Shown one piece after another: positions 30,493 through 40,471 of a stretch of DNA of 64,000 nucleotides; the stretch's first letter is position 1; every line of letters begins with the position of its first letter. The position numbers and the translations under genes were made by a program. The DNA lies in the NCBI GenBank assembly GCA_965249485.1, contig OZ252239.1, forward strand, positions 770,445 to 834,444, written 5' to 3'. The DNA comes from a bacterium (GTDB lineage Bacteria > SM23-31). The notes below the pieces were generated by a model that searched no databases, was not told the origin of the DNA, and saw only the letters and a list, made by a program, of their open reading frames with translations.

Positions 30493-31608
30493 ATGAATAA
30501 TAAATCCTTATTCTCATACATTGTAGCATTATTCGTGCTATTTTTTTGCATATCATGCAACCGCGACGTCAATCCCGATACACAACAGAAAATCGATGAA
30601 TTGTCAGCACAGATGCCCGATCTTATGCGAGGCTATTATGTGTCTGGTGTTAGCGTGGCGGTTGTCAACAATTTTGAACTCGAATGGACTCAGACTTATG
30701 GTGTTACCGATATAATCTCCAACGCACCGGTAACCGACCGGACACTGTTTCAGGCCTCTTCCGTTAGTCAGAGTTTCACCGCTATGGCGGTGTTAAAACT
30801 TGTGCAAGACGGAAAACTTGACCTTAACACCGCTATCAATGAATATCTTGAGTCGTGGTCGGTTCCGGTAAGTAGCACAGGAACAATGCCCCGTCTCTCT
30901 CTGAAAAGCCTGTTAAGCAGGTCACTTGGCGCCTCAAGTAAAAAGGTAAAGGGTTATGTGTTGACAGAACCGGTTCCTTCTGCTGTTGGATTTCTCGATG
31001 CAGCTTACCGGGGTAATCCTGAACAGAATAGCCCACTGATCAACAACAGTTCACTTGTTGAAGATTATACAATTGTGCAGCTTGTGGTGTCTGATATTTC
31101 CAAGAATCCGTTTCACTCGTTCATGCGTTCAACAATCCTCTCTCCTTTACGGATGGACTATTCCACGTTTGATCAACCACTACCCGAAAGTCTTCTACAG
31201 TTTGCCGCTCTGGGTCATTATGAAAACGGTTCCCTGCTTGAGGAGGGGATGAATGTATTTCCACATACCGCTGCAGCCGGTCTCTGGACGACACCGCACG
31301 ATCTCTCCCGGTTCATCATCGAAATTCAGAAAACGATTCGAGGAGAATCGGAACAAGTTCTTACTCAGGAAATGGTTCAGACTATGCTGACTCCGGCATC
31401 GTCAGGAAAATTTGCACTTGGAAATGTCATATCACAAAAAAATGGCGGCAGTTATTTTGGTCACAGTGGAGCAAATGAAGGGTATACCTGTGAATATTTC
31501 GCCTCCCGAGACGGTGGATATGGTGTTGTCGTCATGACAAACGGCGGTAGAGGTGTCCGACTTGGAAGAGATATTATTCAAAAAATATTCAATCTCTATG
31601 AATGGTAA
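30493..31608 (+). CDS. Serine hydrolase of the beta-lactamase/transpeptidase family (class C-like)
   Basis: Signal peptide, S-x-x-K motif (ASSVSQSFTAM) and a YxN-like motif. 371 aa. Confidence 0.85.
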   Translation: MNNKSLFSYIVALFVLFFCISCNRDVNPDTQQKIDELSAQMPDLMRGYYVSGVSVAVVNNFELEWTQTYGVTDIISNAPVTDRTLFQASSVSQSFTAMAVLKLVQDGKLDLNTAINEYLESWSVPVSSTGTMPRLSLKSLLSRSLGASSKKVKGYVLTEPVPSAVGFLDAAYRGNPEQNSPLINNSSLVEDYTIVQLVVSDISKNPFHSFMRSTILSPLRMDYSTFDQPLPESLLQFAALGHYENGSLLEEGMNVFPHTAAAGLWTTPHDLSRFIIEIQKTIRGESEQVLTQEMVQTMLTPASSGKFALGNVISQKNGGSYFGHSGANEGYTCEYFASRDGGYGVVVMTNGGRGVRLGRDIIQKIFNLYEW

Positions 31609-31639
31609 TAATATGTTTGCAAAAGCGAGGAGCAGCACC

Positions 31640-32367
31640 ATGAATAAGCTAATAAATTTCTTTCTATCTATTTTCCTCTGCCTGATTTTTACGGACAATC
31701 TCAGTGCACAGTACGGATCAGACATAATAGAAACTTCAGATAGTGATTTGGAAGTTACATTTTTGGGACACGGTTCACTTCTGTTTGAGTATGACGGTCT
31801 CATAATATATGTTGATCCATCGGGATTACAGAGTACTGAAAATCTCCCGAAAGCAGACCTGATACTTATAACTCATGAGCACGGTGATCATTTTCGTCCG
31901 GAACTCATTGATGAACTGCGGAATCATTCAGCCATTGTGATTACAAATGAACGATGTGCTGAACGTGTTGACGGTGCAATGATTATGAAAAATGGTGATA
32001 CACGTACCATTATGGGACTTTCTATCGAAGCGGTACCGTCATATAATCTTGTGCATAAAAATGAGTCGGGTGTGTTTTTCCATCCAAAAGGGCGGGATAA
32101 TGGTTATGTTATAACTTTCGGTGATACATGAGTTTATTGTGCAGGAGATTCCGAAAAATGAAGGCGCTCAAGGAAATTGATGTTGCTTTTCTTCCAATGA
32201 ATCTGCCCTATACAATGACTCCCGAGATGGTTGCAGATGCTGCTCAGAATTTCAAACCCTCAATTCTCTATCTCTACCATTACAGAAATGGTGATACGGA
32301 AACATTAGAGCAATTGATGGAAAATGTGAAAGGTGTAGAACTTCGTATCAGGAAAATGTACAACTAA
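31640..32367 (+). pseudogene. MBL-fold metallo-hydrolase (secreted), disrupted by in-frame TGA (32129-32131) and a one-base deletion in an A run (32154-32158)
   Basis: ILITHEHGDHF metal-binding motif. ...GYVITFGDT*VYCAGDSEK, then a frame shift to MKALKEIDVAFLPMN... (compare the paralogue's TTVYHAGDT...[10 protein letters not shown]). An A6 run in place of A5 would give GDSEKMKALKEID. Start at RBS GAGGAG plus ATG 31640. Confidence 0.7.
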
Positions 32368-32391
32368 CACGAAGCTATTTGTCAGGTGCTG

Positions 32392-32859
32392 TTAGTAATC
32401 CTCATCGGGGATCGTCAGTTCCGAATTGTCTCCCCTCGGCCGAAAGCGGTAAAGCCAGAATCCGACTATGACAAACCCGATTGCGATCATTATGAATGGC
32501 CCTGTCCAGGCGAAAATATTAAAACCTTCGGTTGTCGGTTTGATCAGGATGCGTTCACCATATTCCGCAACTAAAGTTGCAGTGATCTCTTCAAACGTTT
32601 TTCCTTCGTCAAGCATCGTGCTTATCTCGGTACGCACTTCTCCGGCTATACCGGACCGATGCAATCCGACTGCTTCTCTGTAGCAACATGGTGAAACGAA
32701 TTCCTGCTCAAGCTGTTCCTGAAGAACAAGCTTTGACGGTTTTTCGATATCCTGAAATGAATAACCGGGTGAAGTAATTCCGAAAAATAATACAACTATC
32801 GCAACTAATATCCGTATAAATATATGGTACATGTAATACCTCTTGTTCGTTTCAGGCAC
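32392..32859 (-). CDS. CcmH/CycL/NrfF-family cytochrome c-type biogenesis protein
   Basis: FVSPCCYREAVGLHRSGIAGEVRTEI...LVAEYGERILIKP resembles CcmH (L.CP.C...sl.dS.a..A.dlR..I..GdfvlY.P). C-terminal TM helix. TAA stop. Confidence 0.6.
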   Translation of the reverse strand: MPETNKRYYMYHIFIRILVAIVVLFFGITSPGYSFQDIEKPSKLVLQEQLEQEFVSPCCYREAVGLHRSGIAGEVRTEISTMLDEGKTFEEITATLVAEYGERILIKPTTEGFNIFAWTGPFIMIAIGFVIVGFWLYRFRPRGDNSELTIPDEDY

Positions 32860-33019
32860 ATACTGTTTCGATTGATTCTGCTAATATACAAAATAATAAC
32901 ACCATGCAAAAGAGAAACACTTCTGGTATCACAGAGAACACTATGATACGCAATAAAGTTCAATATTCGAATATACCATTGATTTTATTTCCGGCCTGCA
33001 TTACCTTACGTTCAGGTAT

Positions 33020-33307
33020 ATGATAAAAAAATCGAAAACCCCAGACTTCATCCTGCCGGGAAAATCATATTTTCTTAAAAATCCCGACGGCTTTGTCTTT
33101 ACCTATCTCTTTGCCTCCGGGGCATCACAGGATACGTTTGTAACACTCCTAAAAAAAGATATATCATTCACACCGGTCTCGGTCCAGATCGCACCGATGA
33201 AGCACATCCATTCAATGGGGAAATGTATCGTCTCGACGGTGCAATTCCCGTCAGTATTTCCAGGCACGTTGGTATCGATTTCACCTTCAAACTCCATTAA
33301 AAAATGA
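33020..33307 (+). CDS. Hypothetical protein, translationally coupled (ATGA) to the downstream gene
   Basis: 95-aa ORF. Its stop overlaps the ATG at 33304. Confidence 0.35.
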   Translation: MIKKSKTPDFILPGKSYFLKNPDGFVFTYLFASGASQDTFVTLLKKDISFTPVSVQIAPMKHIHSMGKCIVSTVQFPSVFPGTLVSISPSNSIKK

Positions 33308-34185
33308 CTGCTAAAACCGGTATTACTTTTGAGGAACTACTGCATACTATTTGTGAATCAATTGCACCCAATCTGTCGAAACTTATCGATACATCAATTC
33401 CGCCACTCTCAATATCAAGTAAATATGCCGACACGTCTAAATATCCAGTCAGTGAGCCGGAAAACTGCCTCTGGATAAAAAATCACTGGGAAATAGCCGA
33501 TGGGGGAAACTTCATTTCCCTGCAATGTATATCACATACTCTGCTTTCGTCGTTCTGCACAGCAATGCTTGGCGAAGAGCTATCGGAGCATGTAGATGAT
33601 CCCGAATCACTTCTTGGTTTAATTCGAAAACTTAATAAGCGGTTTCAAGAGTGGTTGTTTTCATCCATATCGTTGGAGACGTCGGGCACGGTCGCTCTGG
33701 AAAGCGAAAAAAAGACCGACGAAAAACCTGTAAAACTAAACCTTGAAGAACTTCGGATTGTGGACGACAGAACAATCAGAGCTATCATAGAAGAGGCTAC
33801 ACGGAATCAACTCCCTTTCAAGACATTTGTCGTATCAATATCTGTGATGAGCGATGAACTCAGAAAACGGTTTCTTTACAACATGTCGAAGAACCGGCGT
33901 GCGGATGTCAGGGATGAATTAAAACGCATCGATCAATCATCCGAAGATGCGATGGAGGCCCAGAGAGATTTCGCCTGGGTTTTGATCGAGTTAGTAAACA
34001 AGAGTGAAATAACCATCGATAAACGTTTGAAAAAACGGCTCACTGCAATTGTTAACGCGATGGACGCCACGCTCAGAAAGCGAGCTGAAGAGTATATCAA
34101 ATCAAATCAATTTGGAGAATCGATTGCAGCCGTTAATTATGTCCTGCTCCAGCTATTGCTCAGGCGTGTACCAAAAAACTGCTAA
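33304..34185 (+). CDS. FliG C-terminal / MgtE N-terminal-like domain protein
   Basis: RTIRAIIEEATRNQLPFKTFVVSISVMSDELRKRFLYNMSKNRRADVRDELKRIDQSSEDAMEAQRDF matches the FliG_C/MgtE_N helical repeat (..MSkRaaemlreDle...). The N-terminal 150 aa is unrelated to FliG. Confidence 0.5.
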   Translation: MTAKTGITFEELLHTICESIAPNLSKLIDTSIPPLSISSKYADTSKYPVSEPENCLWIKNHWEIADGGNFISLQCISHTLLSSFCTAMLGEELSEHVDDPESLLGLIRKLNKRFQEWLFSSISLETSGTVALESEKKTDEKPVKLNLEELRIVDDRTIRAIIEEATRNQLPFKTFVVSISVMSDELRKRFLYNMSKNRRADVRDELKRIDQSSEDAMEAQRDFAWVLIELVNKSEITIDKRLKKRLTAIVNAMDATLRKRAEEYIKSNQFGESIAAVNYVLLQLLLRRVPKNC

Positions 34186-34199
34186 TTTCGGCACTCTCG

Positions 34200-34400
34200 A
34201 TGGTCCGGGAGGAAACATTCAAAAAAATTGAAAGAAATATGACGCCTGTCTCTCTCGAACTTCTGCAGGAAGATGTAGATCACTGGAACCGGGCGGTTCA
34301 GGACGAAACGCAAAAAGTAACCGCAACCGCTTCCGCTCAAAAAACAATGATCAGAACCGCAATAAAACTCAAGAAAGAATTCTCCCGCGGTGTGATTTGA
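34200..34400 (+). CDS. Small hypothetical protein
   Basis: 66-aa ORF directly downstream of the FliG-like gene. Confidence 0.3.
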   Translation: MVREETFKKIERNMTPVSLELLQEDVDHWNRAVQDETQKVTATASAQKTMIRTAIKLKKEFSRGVI

Positions 34401-34886
34401 TATCAAATGGGTTTAATAAGATATGATTTCACAGCCAATTCCTCTACCACATTAATCATCCTTAGAAGATTCCATGCTTGTTTAAGCGCCTGCTCAGATT
34501 ATAATATAGCGAACAGGAGCCAATAAATGTTACAGAATGTCATGTTGAGCGACGTGACAATTTATGGCTACATTACTTCAGCAGTGATTCTTTCAATTCC
34601 TCACAAATACATCATGGTGCATACATTTAATCATGTTTGTTGAATTCTGGTCAATTATAAAAATTATACGGAATAAATATTCTGCACTTTTGTTTCATAA
34701 ATAGAAAGATTTTGTACAAAATGTTGTTAAAAATCAAAAGGTTACCGATACTTAAAATAGAGGGACATTTTTTATTGTGAAGATGTATACTTCTTGGTAT
34801 GGTAGTTGCCTTTTCCGTCAGTAAAGATCGTGATGTTTTAATTTTAGTACTTTAGGTTTTATGAATCACTTGATTTTGGGGGAATT

Positions 34887-35009
34887 ATGACGTACTACCA
34901 AAAAAGAGTCTATTACTTAAAGACTCGGATTAAAAATGGTATAATCGGATTTGTCAGTTTGACTGTCTTCTTTCTCATAATGATGCTGTTATTCAACCGG
35001 GTTACCTGA
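34887..35009 (+). CDS. Possible small (40 aa) single-TM peptide within a 1.1-kb non-coding region
   Basis: GGGGGA 5 nt upstream of ATG. Hydrophobic core GIIGFVSLTVFFLIMMLLF. Not in the ORF track because it is under 60 aa. Confidence 0.2.
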   Translation: MTYYQKRVYYLKTRIKNGIIGFVSLTVFFLIMMLLFNRVT

Positions 35010-35507
35010 TGTTGTCATATTTATTCCGTATTTCTTAGAAAATCCTGTATTTTAAGATTAATTCGTTTTTTCATCGTTAGAATTCAGAATAATCCTACCA
35101 AAGAATTTACTTTCATTAACGTGTTATCAATTCATTCTCCGTAAGTTTATAGATCCTTTATGATTAATTCATCTGGAGTCATTTCCAATCATTATCCTCA
35201 AACAGAATATCACTATCCTGATCGGGATGTTCTTTGTGTTCATGAAACCATTGGTCAGAATATCGAATTGAATTCCTTTTGGAAAGGCAGTGCATACAAA
35301 TTCCCTTTCCCTTTTTCAATTGACTTTGCTCCTGCCATTAAATATATTTTTGACACTTTATATTCTGAACCAAAACAACACTGAATGGATCGGTTAACCG
35401 GAGTTTCAATATTATTTAAAACAAAGCGCAGAAAACTTAATATAATTAACTGAGTTTTGCTACTATAACCTGATATTTTTCATTATCATTACTATCCTTT
35501 AACCACT

Positions 35508-36527
35508 ATGAAAACGTCATTGATACCTGAACAAATCTGGGGACAGCTTGAATCGGTTATCCAAGACAACACATCATTCACCATCACGTCACATGTCAAT
35601 CCGGATGGAGATGCCGTCGGATCGGAACTTGCACTCTATAACTTTCTGACAAAAAAGCGTAAAAGAGTCAGAATAATAAATTGTAACTCTCTTCCGGTAG
35701 TCTATCACTTTCTCACAGAATCTCAGGAACTGTATCGTGAATTTTCAGAAGCAGATAACGACTGGATAAACGGATGTGATGTCATTTTTATACTCGATAT
35801 CAGCAATAAAGACCGACTGAGCTGAATGCAGCCGATTATATCGGGGAGTCCGGCTTACAAAATCTGCATTGACCATCATGAGGACAACAATCTTGATGCC
35901 GAATTAAAAATCACCTCCGAATCGGCGAGTGCTACTGCTGTGTTAATATATGATCTGTTAATAAACTTGAAAGCTGCCATCGACCAGGAGACGGCAATGG
36001 CACTTTACGTCGGAATATTGACCGACACAAATTCATTTTCCGAGCCGAATACAACATCCCGGGCGCATGAAGTTGCCTCCGAATTGATGCAGTACGGTAT
36101 CCGGTCTGAGGAGATATACCGGAAAATATTTCACATCAACAGCTGGAATCGAACAGAATTATTTAAAGATACACTTGCAACGTTGTCGAGCAGCTGCGGA
36201 GGGAAGCTCGCATGGATGAAAATAACCAGAGAAATGGTTGAAAAGAGTGGAGCGCTCCGTGAGGAAATCGAGGGATTCGTGGACTATCCGCTCACCATTG
36301 ACGGAGTGCAGATTGCCATTCTATTTCTTGAAATTCCGGGAACGGGTACAAAAATCAGTCTCCGGGCAATAAACTCACTCAATGTTCACGAGCTCACCCA
36401 AAGGTTCGGGGGAGGTGGTCACCGTCATGCTGCGGGGATTCGGCTTTACGAAGTATCTATTGACAAAGCGATAACACAGGTACTTGATGAAGCATGTCGC
36501 TACTTTAACAGTCAGAAAAGTCAATAG
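35508..36527 (+). pseudogene. nrnA: Bifunctional oligoribonuclease/pAp-phosphatase NrnA (DHH-DHHA1), interrupted by in-frame TGA at 35823-35825
   Basis: DHH motifs HVNPDGDAVGS and ICIDHHEDN, DHHA1 GGGH. ORF1 ends ...ILDISNKDRLS*, and the next codon is the ATG of ORF2 (MQPIISGSPAYKICIDHH) in the same frame. Collinear with intact NrnA. Confidence 0.8.
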
Positions 36528-36604
36528 TAATAAATTTAAAACCGGTCTGTGTCGTAATAAACCCCGGGTGCTTGTATCGGTCCCGGTGTCAACAGGAGCT
36601 CACT

Positions 36605-37525
36605 ATGGACATATCGGATGTCATAGCGAAGTACCGGGATTTACTCGAAAAAAAAAGTAATCAGACACGCAACACCCGCAGGGCAAAATTGTCTGATCTG
36701 AACCATTTTGGCAGGTTCTTTGAGGAGAGGGAATTAGAATCTGTCACCGAACATGATGTCCGAGATTATTTTGATACACTTCGGGAAGAAGCTCACTATT
36801 CAATTTCCACAATCGTTAGAATATGGTCGACCGTCCGGACATTCTTTGATTTTTGTGTTGAGGAGAAAATTTGCGGAAATAATCCTACTGCGGGGATTAA
36901 AGCGCCGCCCAGGCCGGAACCTCGAGTACCGGAAATCCTAACAAAAGGGGAGCTGCGAAGACTGCTTGCCGCTCCGCAGAAAGAACAAAAAAAACTCGAA
37001 TTACGAAAGAAGAAACAGGCGGGTGACGACAATGCCCGTATCGATGAACAGATATATAACTCAGTGCGGAACCATGCGCTCGTTGAACTCCTTTTTGCAT
37101 CGGGAATGCGTCCTGGGGAAATAGTGAAAGTCAAGCAACACGACATAAATCTCGGTGCGCGTACTGTTACCATATATAATCATAAAGGTATAGCACGTAT
37201 AGGCTATTTCCCATCAGAGGATGTGTGCCGAATAATGCATCACTATATAAAAAGGACGTTGGAACAGCAGAAAAACCAAGTTGATGATTCGAAAAAATTG
37301 CCACCTCCAGAAGAAATGGTACGAGATTACCCGCTCTTCACCTATAAAAACGGATCATCTTTGTCGGAAGACGTTGTCAGAAAAATAGTTCACCGGTATG
37401 CTGAACTAGCGGGCATAAAAAAGACGGTTACCCCCTTTACCTTGCGCCATACAATGGCTGTGATTTTGAGAAAGTCTGGCACCGATGACCACGCTGTCAA
37501 TAGACTGCTCGGAATTGTATCATAA
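36605..37525 (+). CDS. Tyrosine site-specific recombinase (XerC/XerD-like) with a Lys/Glu-rich low-complexity insertion
   Basis: Catalytic-domain motifs ...ASGMRPGEI..., HTLRHTMAV, LLG; R-H-R-Y family. RBS AGGAG 8 nt before ATG 36605. The ORF could extend to 36572. Confidence 0.8.
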   Translation: MDISDVIAKYRDLLEKKSNQTRNTRRAKLSDLNHFGRFFEERELESVTEHDVRDYFDTLREEAHYSISTIVRIWSTVRTFFDFCVEEKICGNNPTAGIKAPPRPEPRVPEILTKGELRRLLAAPQKEQKKLELRKKKQAGDDNARIDEQIYNSVRNHALVELLFASGMRPGEIVKVKQHDINLGARTVTIYNHKGIARIGYFPSEDVCRIMHHYIKRTLEQQKNQVDDSKKLPPPEEMVRDYPLFTYKNGSSLSEDVVRKIVHRYAELAGIKKTVTPFTLRHTMAVILRKSGTDDHAVNRLLGIVS

Positions 37526-37564
37526 AACCACAAAGAGTTAATACTCCCGTAATCATGCATAATA

Positions 37565-38296
37565 ATGAATGAGAATAAACTAAAAGATACCGGTGAACGG
37601 ATGATCCAGCCCGGAAAGGATGAGGTCAGTTTTGTCTTTGCACGGCACCAGTTTGCATACGAATACGCAGCTCAGTATGTTGCGGGGAAAACTGTACTCG
37701 ATGTAGGATGTGGGACGGGATACGGCTGTGAACTGTTCAGCAGCACAGCAGCATTTGTATGTGGTATTGATAAAGACCGGTCGGCCGCTTTATACAGCAG
37801 CAAACAATATGGCAATGATCACGCAGCTTTTTGCTGTATGGATGCTTCCGGATTGGCAGTAAAAAGGCAATTTGACGTTACAGTATCGTTTCAGGTTATT
37901 GAACATGTCAATGACTTCGGGATATATATAAGAGAACTCAAACGAATTACGAAAAGAGACGGTTTGATACTAATCAGTACACCGAATGTCATAAAACCGT
38001 CGAATAAAACAGAGAAAAATCCGTTTCACACGATCGAGTTTAATTTTCAAACGTTCAGCGATCTGATCAACACCCATTTTTCATCATATTCTTTATCAGG
38101 TGTTGTTTATTCGGATAATAACATTCTGAGAACAATCATAGATACCTTTCCGATTTATAGATTGGGAAAATGGCTCAATCGGAAGAGTGCAGTTAAAAAA
38201 TATGCGGATAAAACACTCAAATTAACGCGGTTTGCAATGTCGAAATCACAGCCTGGAAAATTTCATGATCTCTTTGCGATGTGCGAAAACCGCTGA
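37565..38296 (+). CDS. Class I SAM-dependent methyltransferase
   Basis: Motif I VLDVGCGTGYG and a post-I acidic residue; Methyltransf_11-like. TGA stop. Confidence 0.8.
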   Translation: MNENKLKDTGERMIQPGKDEVSFVFARHQFAYEYAAQYVAGKTVLDVGCGTGYGCELFSSTAAFVCGIDKDRSAALYSSKQYGNDHAAFCCMDASGLAVKRQFDVTVSFQVIEHVNDFGIYIRELKRITKRDGLILISTPNVIKPSNKTEKNPFHTIEFNFQTFSDLINTHFSSYSLSGVVYSDNNILRTIIDTFPIYRLGKWLNRKSAVKKYADKTLKLTRFAMSKSQPGKFHDLFAMCENR

Positions 38297-38487
38297 TTGT
38301 TGAGTCTGAGACACACAGACTGCCAATCAGGCTTGAACATTATGAGCCTGAGAATGCTACGTTTTTACTTGCGAAATAATCATCGAGTTAGTACTTTACT
38401 ATTTAAAGCATTGAAATTAAAACGGTTAGCACTAAATGTGGCGCCGGACTGATTGCTGATGATGAAGTAATTTTCGATCTGTACAAC

Positions 38488-39183
38488 TTGTCAATTGTGC
38501 AGTGGAAAGAACTCATGAACATAGAGTTTTGCGGACATTCCTGTTTTCTCTTGAGTGAGGGAAGACATTCGGTTATCATCGACCCATTTTTGTCCGGAAA
38601 TCCAGTAGCAGTGCGAAAACCGGAAGAGGTCAGCGTTGAGGCTGTTCTGCTGACACATGGCCACGGCGATCATATTGGCGATGCCATAGCAATTGCACAG
38701 AGAAACAATGCAACGATTATAGCACCATACGAACTTGCGACGTACAGCGAAAAAAAAGGAGCGCAAGTTCATCCGATGCATATAGGTGGTGGGCATGATT
38801 TTCCGTTCTGTCGGGTGAAACTGACGCAGGCATGGCACGGATCTGCTGTATTTGGTGACGGTGATATTCCAATTTACACGGGAAATCCGTGCGGAGTTAT
38901 CCTGTGACTATGGGCAGCACAACAGTCTATCATGCAGGAGATACAGGATTATTCGGAGATATGAAACTGATTGGCGACAGGAACGAAATCGATTGTGCAA
39001 TTCTGCCGATTGGTGACAATTTTACGATGGGAATCGATGATGCGCTTTACGCGCTTTAATTATTACAACCGAAAAAAGTGATTCCTATGCATTATGACAC
39101 GTTTCCGGTCATTGAAGTCGAGGTAAGTGATTTTACGGATGGGGCGAAGCAGAAGGGATATGATTGTATCGTGCTGAAACCGG
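38488..39183 (+). pseudogene. MBL-fold metal-dependent hydrolase (UPF0173-like), disrupted by a frameshift at about 38905 and an in-frame TAA at 39057-39059
   Basis: LLTHGHGDHIGD motif. After ...GNPCGVIL the homologous sequence continues in the -1 frame ([50 protein letters not shown]). TAA then follows in-frame: LLQPKKVIPMHYDTFPVIEVE...VLKPGESTAL*. Confidence 0.75.
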
Positions 39184-39386
39184 GCGAGTCAACAGCACTC
39201 TGACATTCTATGCTGTAGCGTAGTATTGTTCGTTCACGTTTTATAAAACATCTATCAATCCGTGGTAATGGTAATGCAAACACATAAGATTTTTCAATAA
39301 GGTCATTGCGTCTTCATGACCTTTTTGCATTTTTGAGAGGGCAATGTGTTGACATTATTCCCGTGATTTCTGAAGAAAAGACTGTT

Positions 39387-40343
39387 ATGAACCGAGAGGA
39401 ACAATACAATGATTTGATGAATCTGTTTCCCGGTCTGATCCTGAGGGATGAGCCGATGAGCAATCATACAACATTGCGTATCGGTGGTACAGCCGATCTC
39501 TATTGCGAAATCCAGTTGCCGAGCAAGCTCATTCCGGTATTGCAGGCAGCACAAGAACGTTCGATTCCGGTTTTCTTACTGGGCAGCGGCAGTAACATCC
39601 TCATTGACGATGCAGGATTCAGGGGATTAATAATAAAATTTATAAATACCGATCCGCCTCGTCTCGATTTTCCCCATGTGACAGTCCCGGCTGGAAGTTC
39701 TTTGAAGGATCTGCTGGAATTTGCGGCAAAAAACGCTTTGAGCGGACTTGAGTTTCTTGCGGGAATTCCCGGAACGCTCGGTGGTGCGCTCTACATGAAT
39801 GCCGGTGCCTATGGGATGACAATCGGAGAATTATGTGTCAGTGCAGAGATTATCGATGACAATATGGAAATTAAAACTGTCGATGTAGATTTTTTTCAAT
39901 TCCGGTACCGGGGGTCTGTTCTGCAAGAGAAACCTTCTACGGTAGTGTCGGTTGTTCTTACCGTGAATAGAGGAGATGAACAATCGATTCGTGCCGAATA
40001 TAGCCGAATATTATCGATCAGAGCAGAAAAACATCCGAGACATGATGTGCCGTGTGCTGGAAGTTACTTCAAGAATCTCCCGCCGGAAAATCCGGGAGAG
40101 CACAGGCGCCCGGCAGGATATTTTTTAGAGCAGGCAGGTGTGAAATCGCTCTCAGTCGGCGGTGCAGAAGTCTATAGCGGGCATGCAAACATTATTATTA
40201 ATACCGGAGGTGCAACAGCACGAGACATTATAGAATTGGCTCGCAAGATGAAACAGGCTGTTTTGGAGAAATTCAATATTGTACTTGAAGAGGAAGTTAA
40301 ATATCTCAGTTCAGTTAAGGGCATTGGTCGTGCAGATGATTGA
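39387..40343 (+). CDS. murB: UDP-N-acetylenolpyruvoylglucosamine reductase
   Basis: MNREEQYNDLMNLFPG...TTLRIGG...LLGSGSNIL FAD-binding N-terminus and MurB C-terminal domain. The ORF track starts at 39306, but the homologous start is M at 39387. Confidence 0.9.
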   Translation: MNREEQYNDLMNLFPGLILRDEPMSNHTTLRIGGTADLYCEIQLPSKLIPVLQAAQERSIPVFLLGSGSNILIDDAGFRGLIIKFINTDPPRLDFPHVTVPAGSSLKDLLEFAAKNALSGLEFLAGIPGTLGGALYMNAGAYGMTIGELCVSAEIIDDNMEIKTVDVDFFQFRYRGSVLQEKPSTVVSVVLTVNRGDEQSIRAEYSRILSIRAEKHPRHDVPCAGSYFKNLPPENPGEHRRPAGYFLEQAGVKSLSVGGAEVYSGHANIIINTGGATARDIIELARKMKQAVLEKFNIVLEEEVKYLSSVKGIGRADD

Positions 40344-40471
40344 TATCTTGTTTAAAATGCAGGAGTTAAGGCAGAGATTGCTTGATTTTACCTTAATAAT
40401 TTTGTATGCTTTAGTCTCTTTTATATTGGGTAATTATGTAAAAAAATCAAAGTGGAAATTGTGACGATGAA

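Noticed and set aside
30109-30572. Three minus-strand ORFs (30109..30390, 30152..30427, 30387..30572)
   Set aside because: They overlap the RNase P RNA gene and are GC-rich structured-RNA artefacts.
36572-36604. Longer N-terminal extension of the recombinase (start at 36572) and of murB (39306), SCO1 (56323), coxIV (58102) and the cupredoxin (62404) as given by the ORF track
   Set aside because: Internal ATGs with better RBS spacing, homologous N-termini or signal peptides are more plausible, and the longer versions overlap neighbouring genes (coxIV extension overlaps coxC).
5781-39059. In-frame TGA/TAA/TAG as evidence of stop-codon reassignment (genetic code 4 or 25) or selenocysteine
   Set aside because: All three stop codons occur in-frame, so no single reassignment explains them. 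TGA, TAA and TAG each also terminate clearly complete genes here (TGA ends DUF1059, SRPBCC-1, macro, NfeD, the methyltransferase and murB, and read-through of the first and fifth gives long implausible extensions). No SECIS-like hairpins or Cys-homologous contexts were seen. Co-occurrence with homopolymer indels favours errors or pseudogenes.
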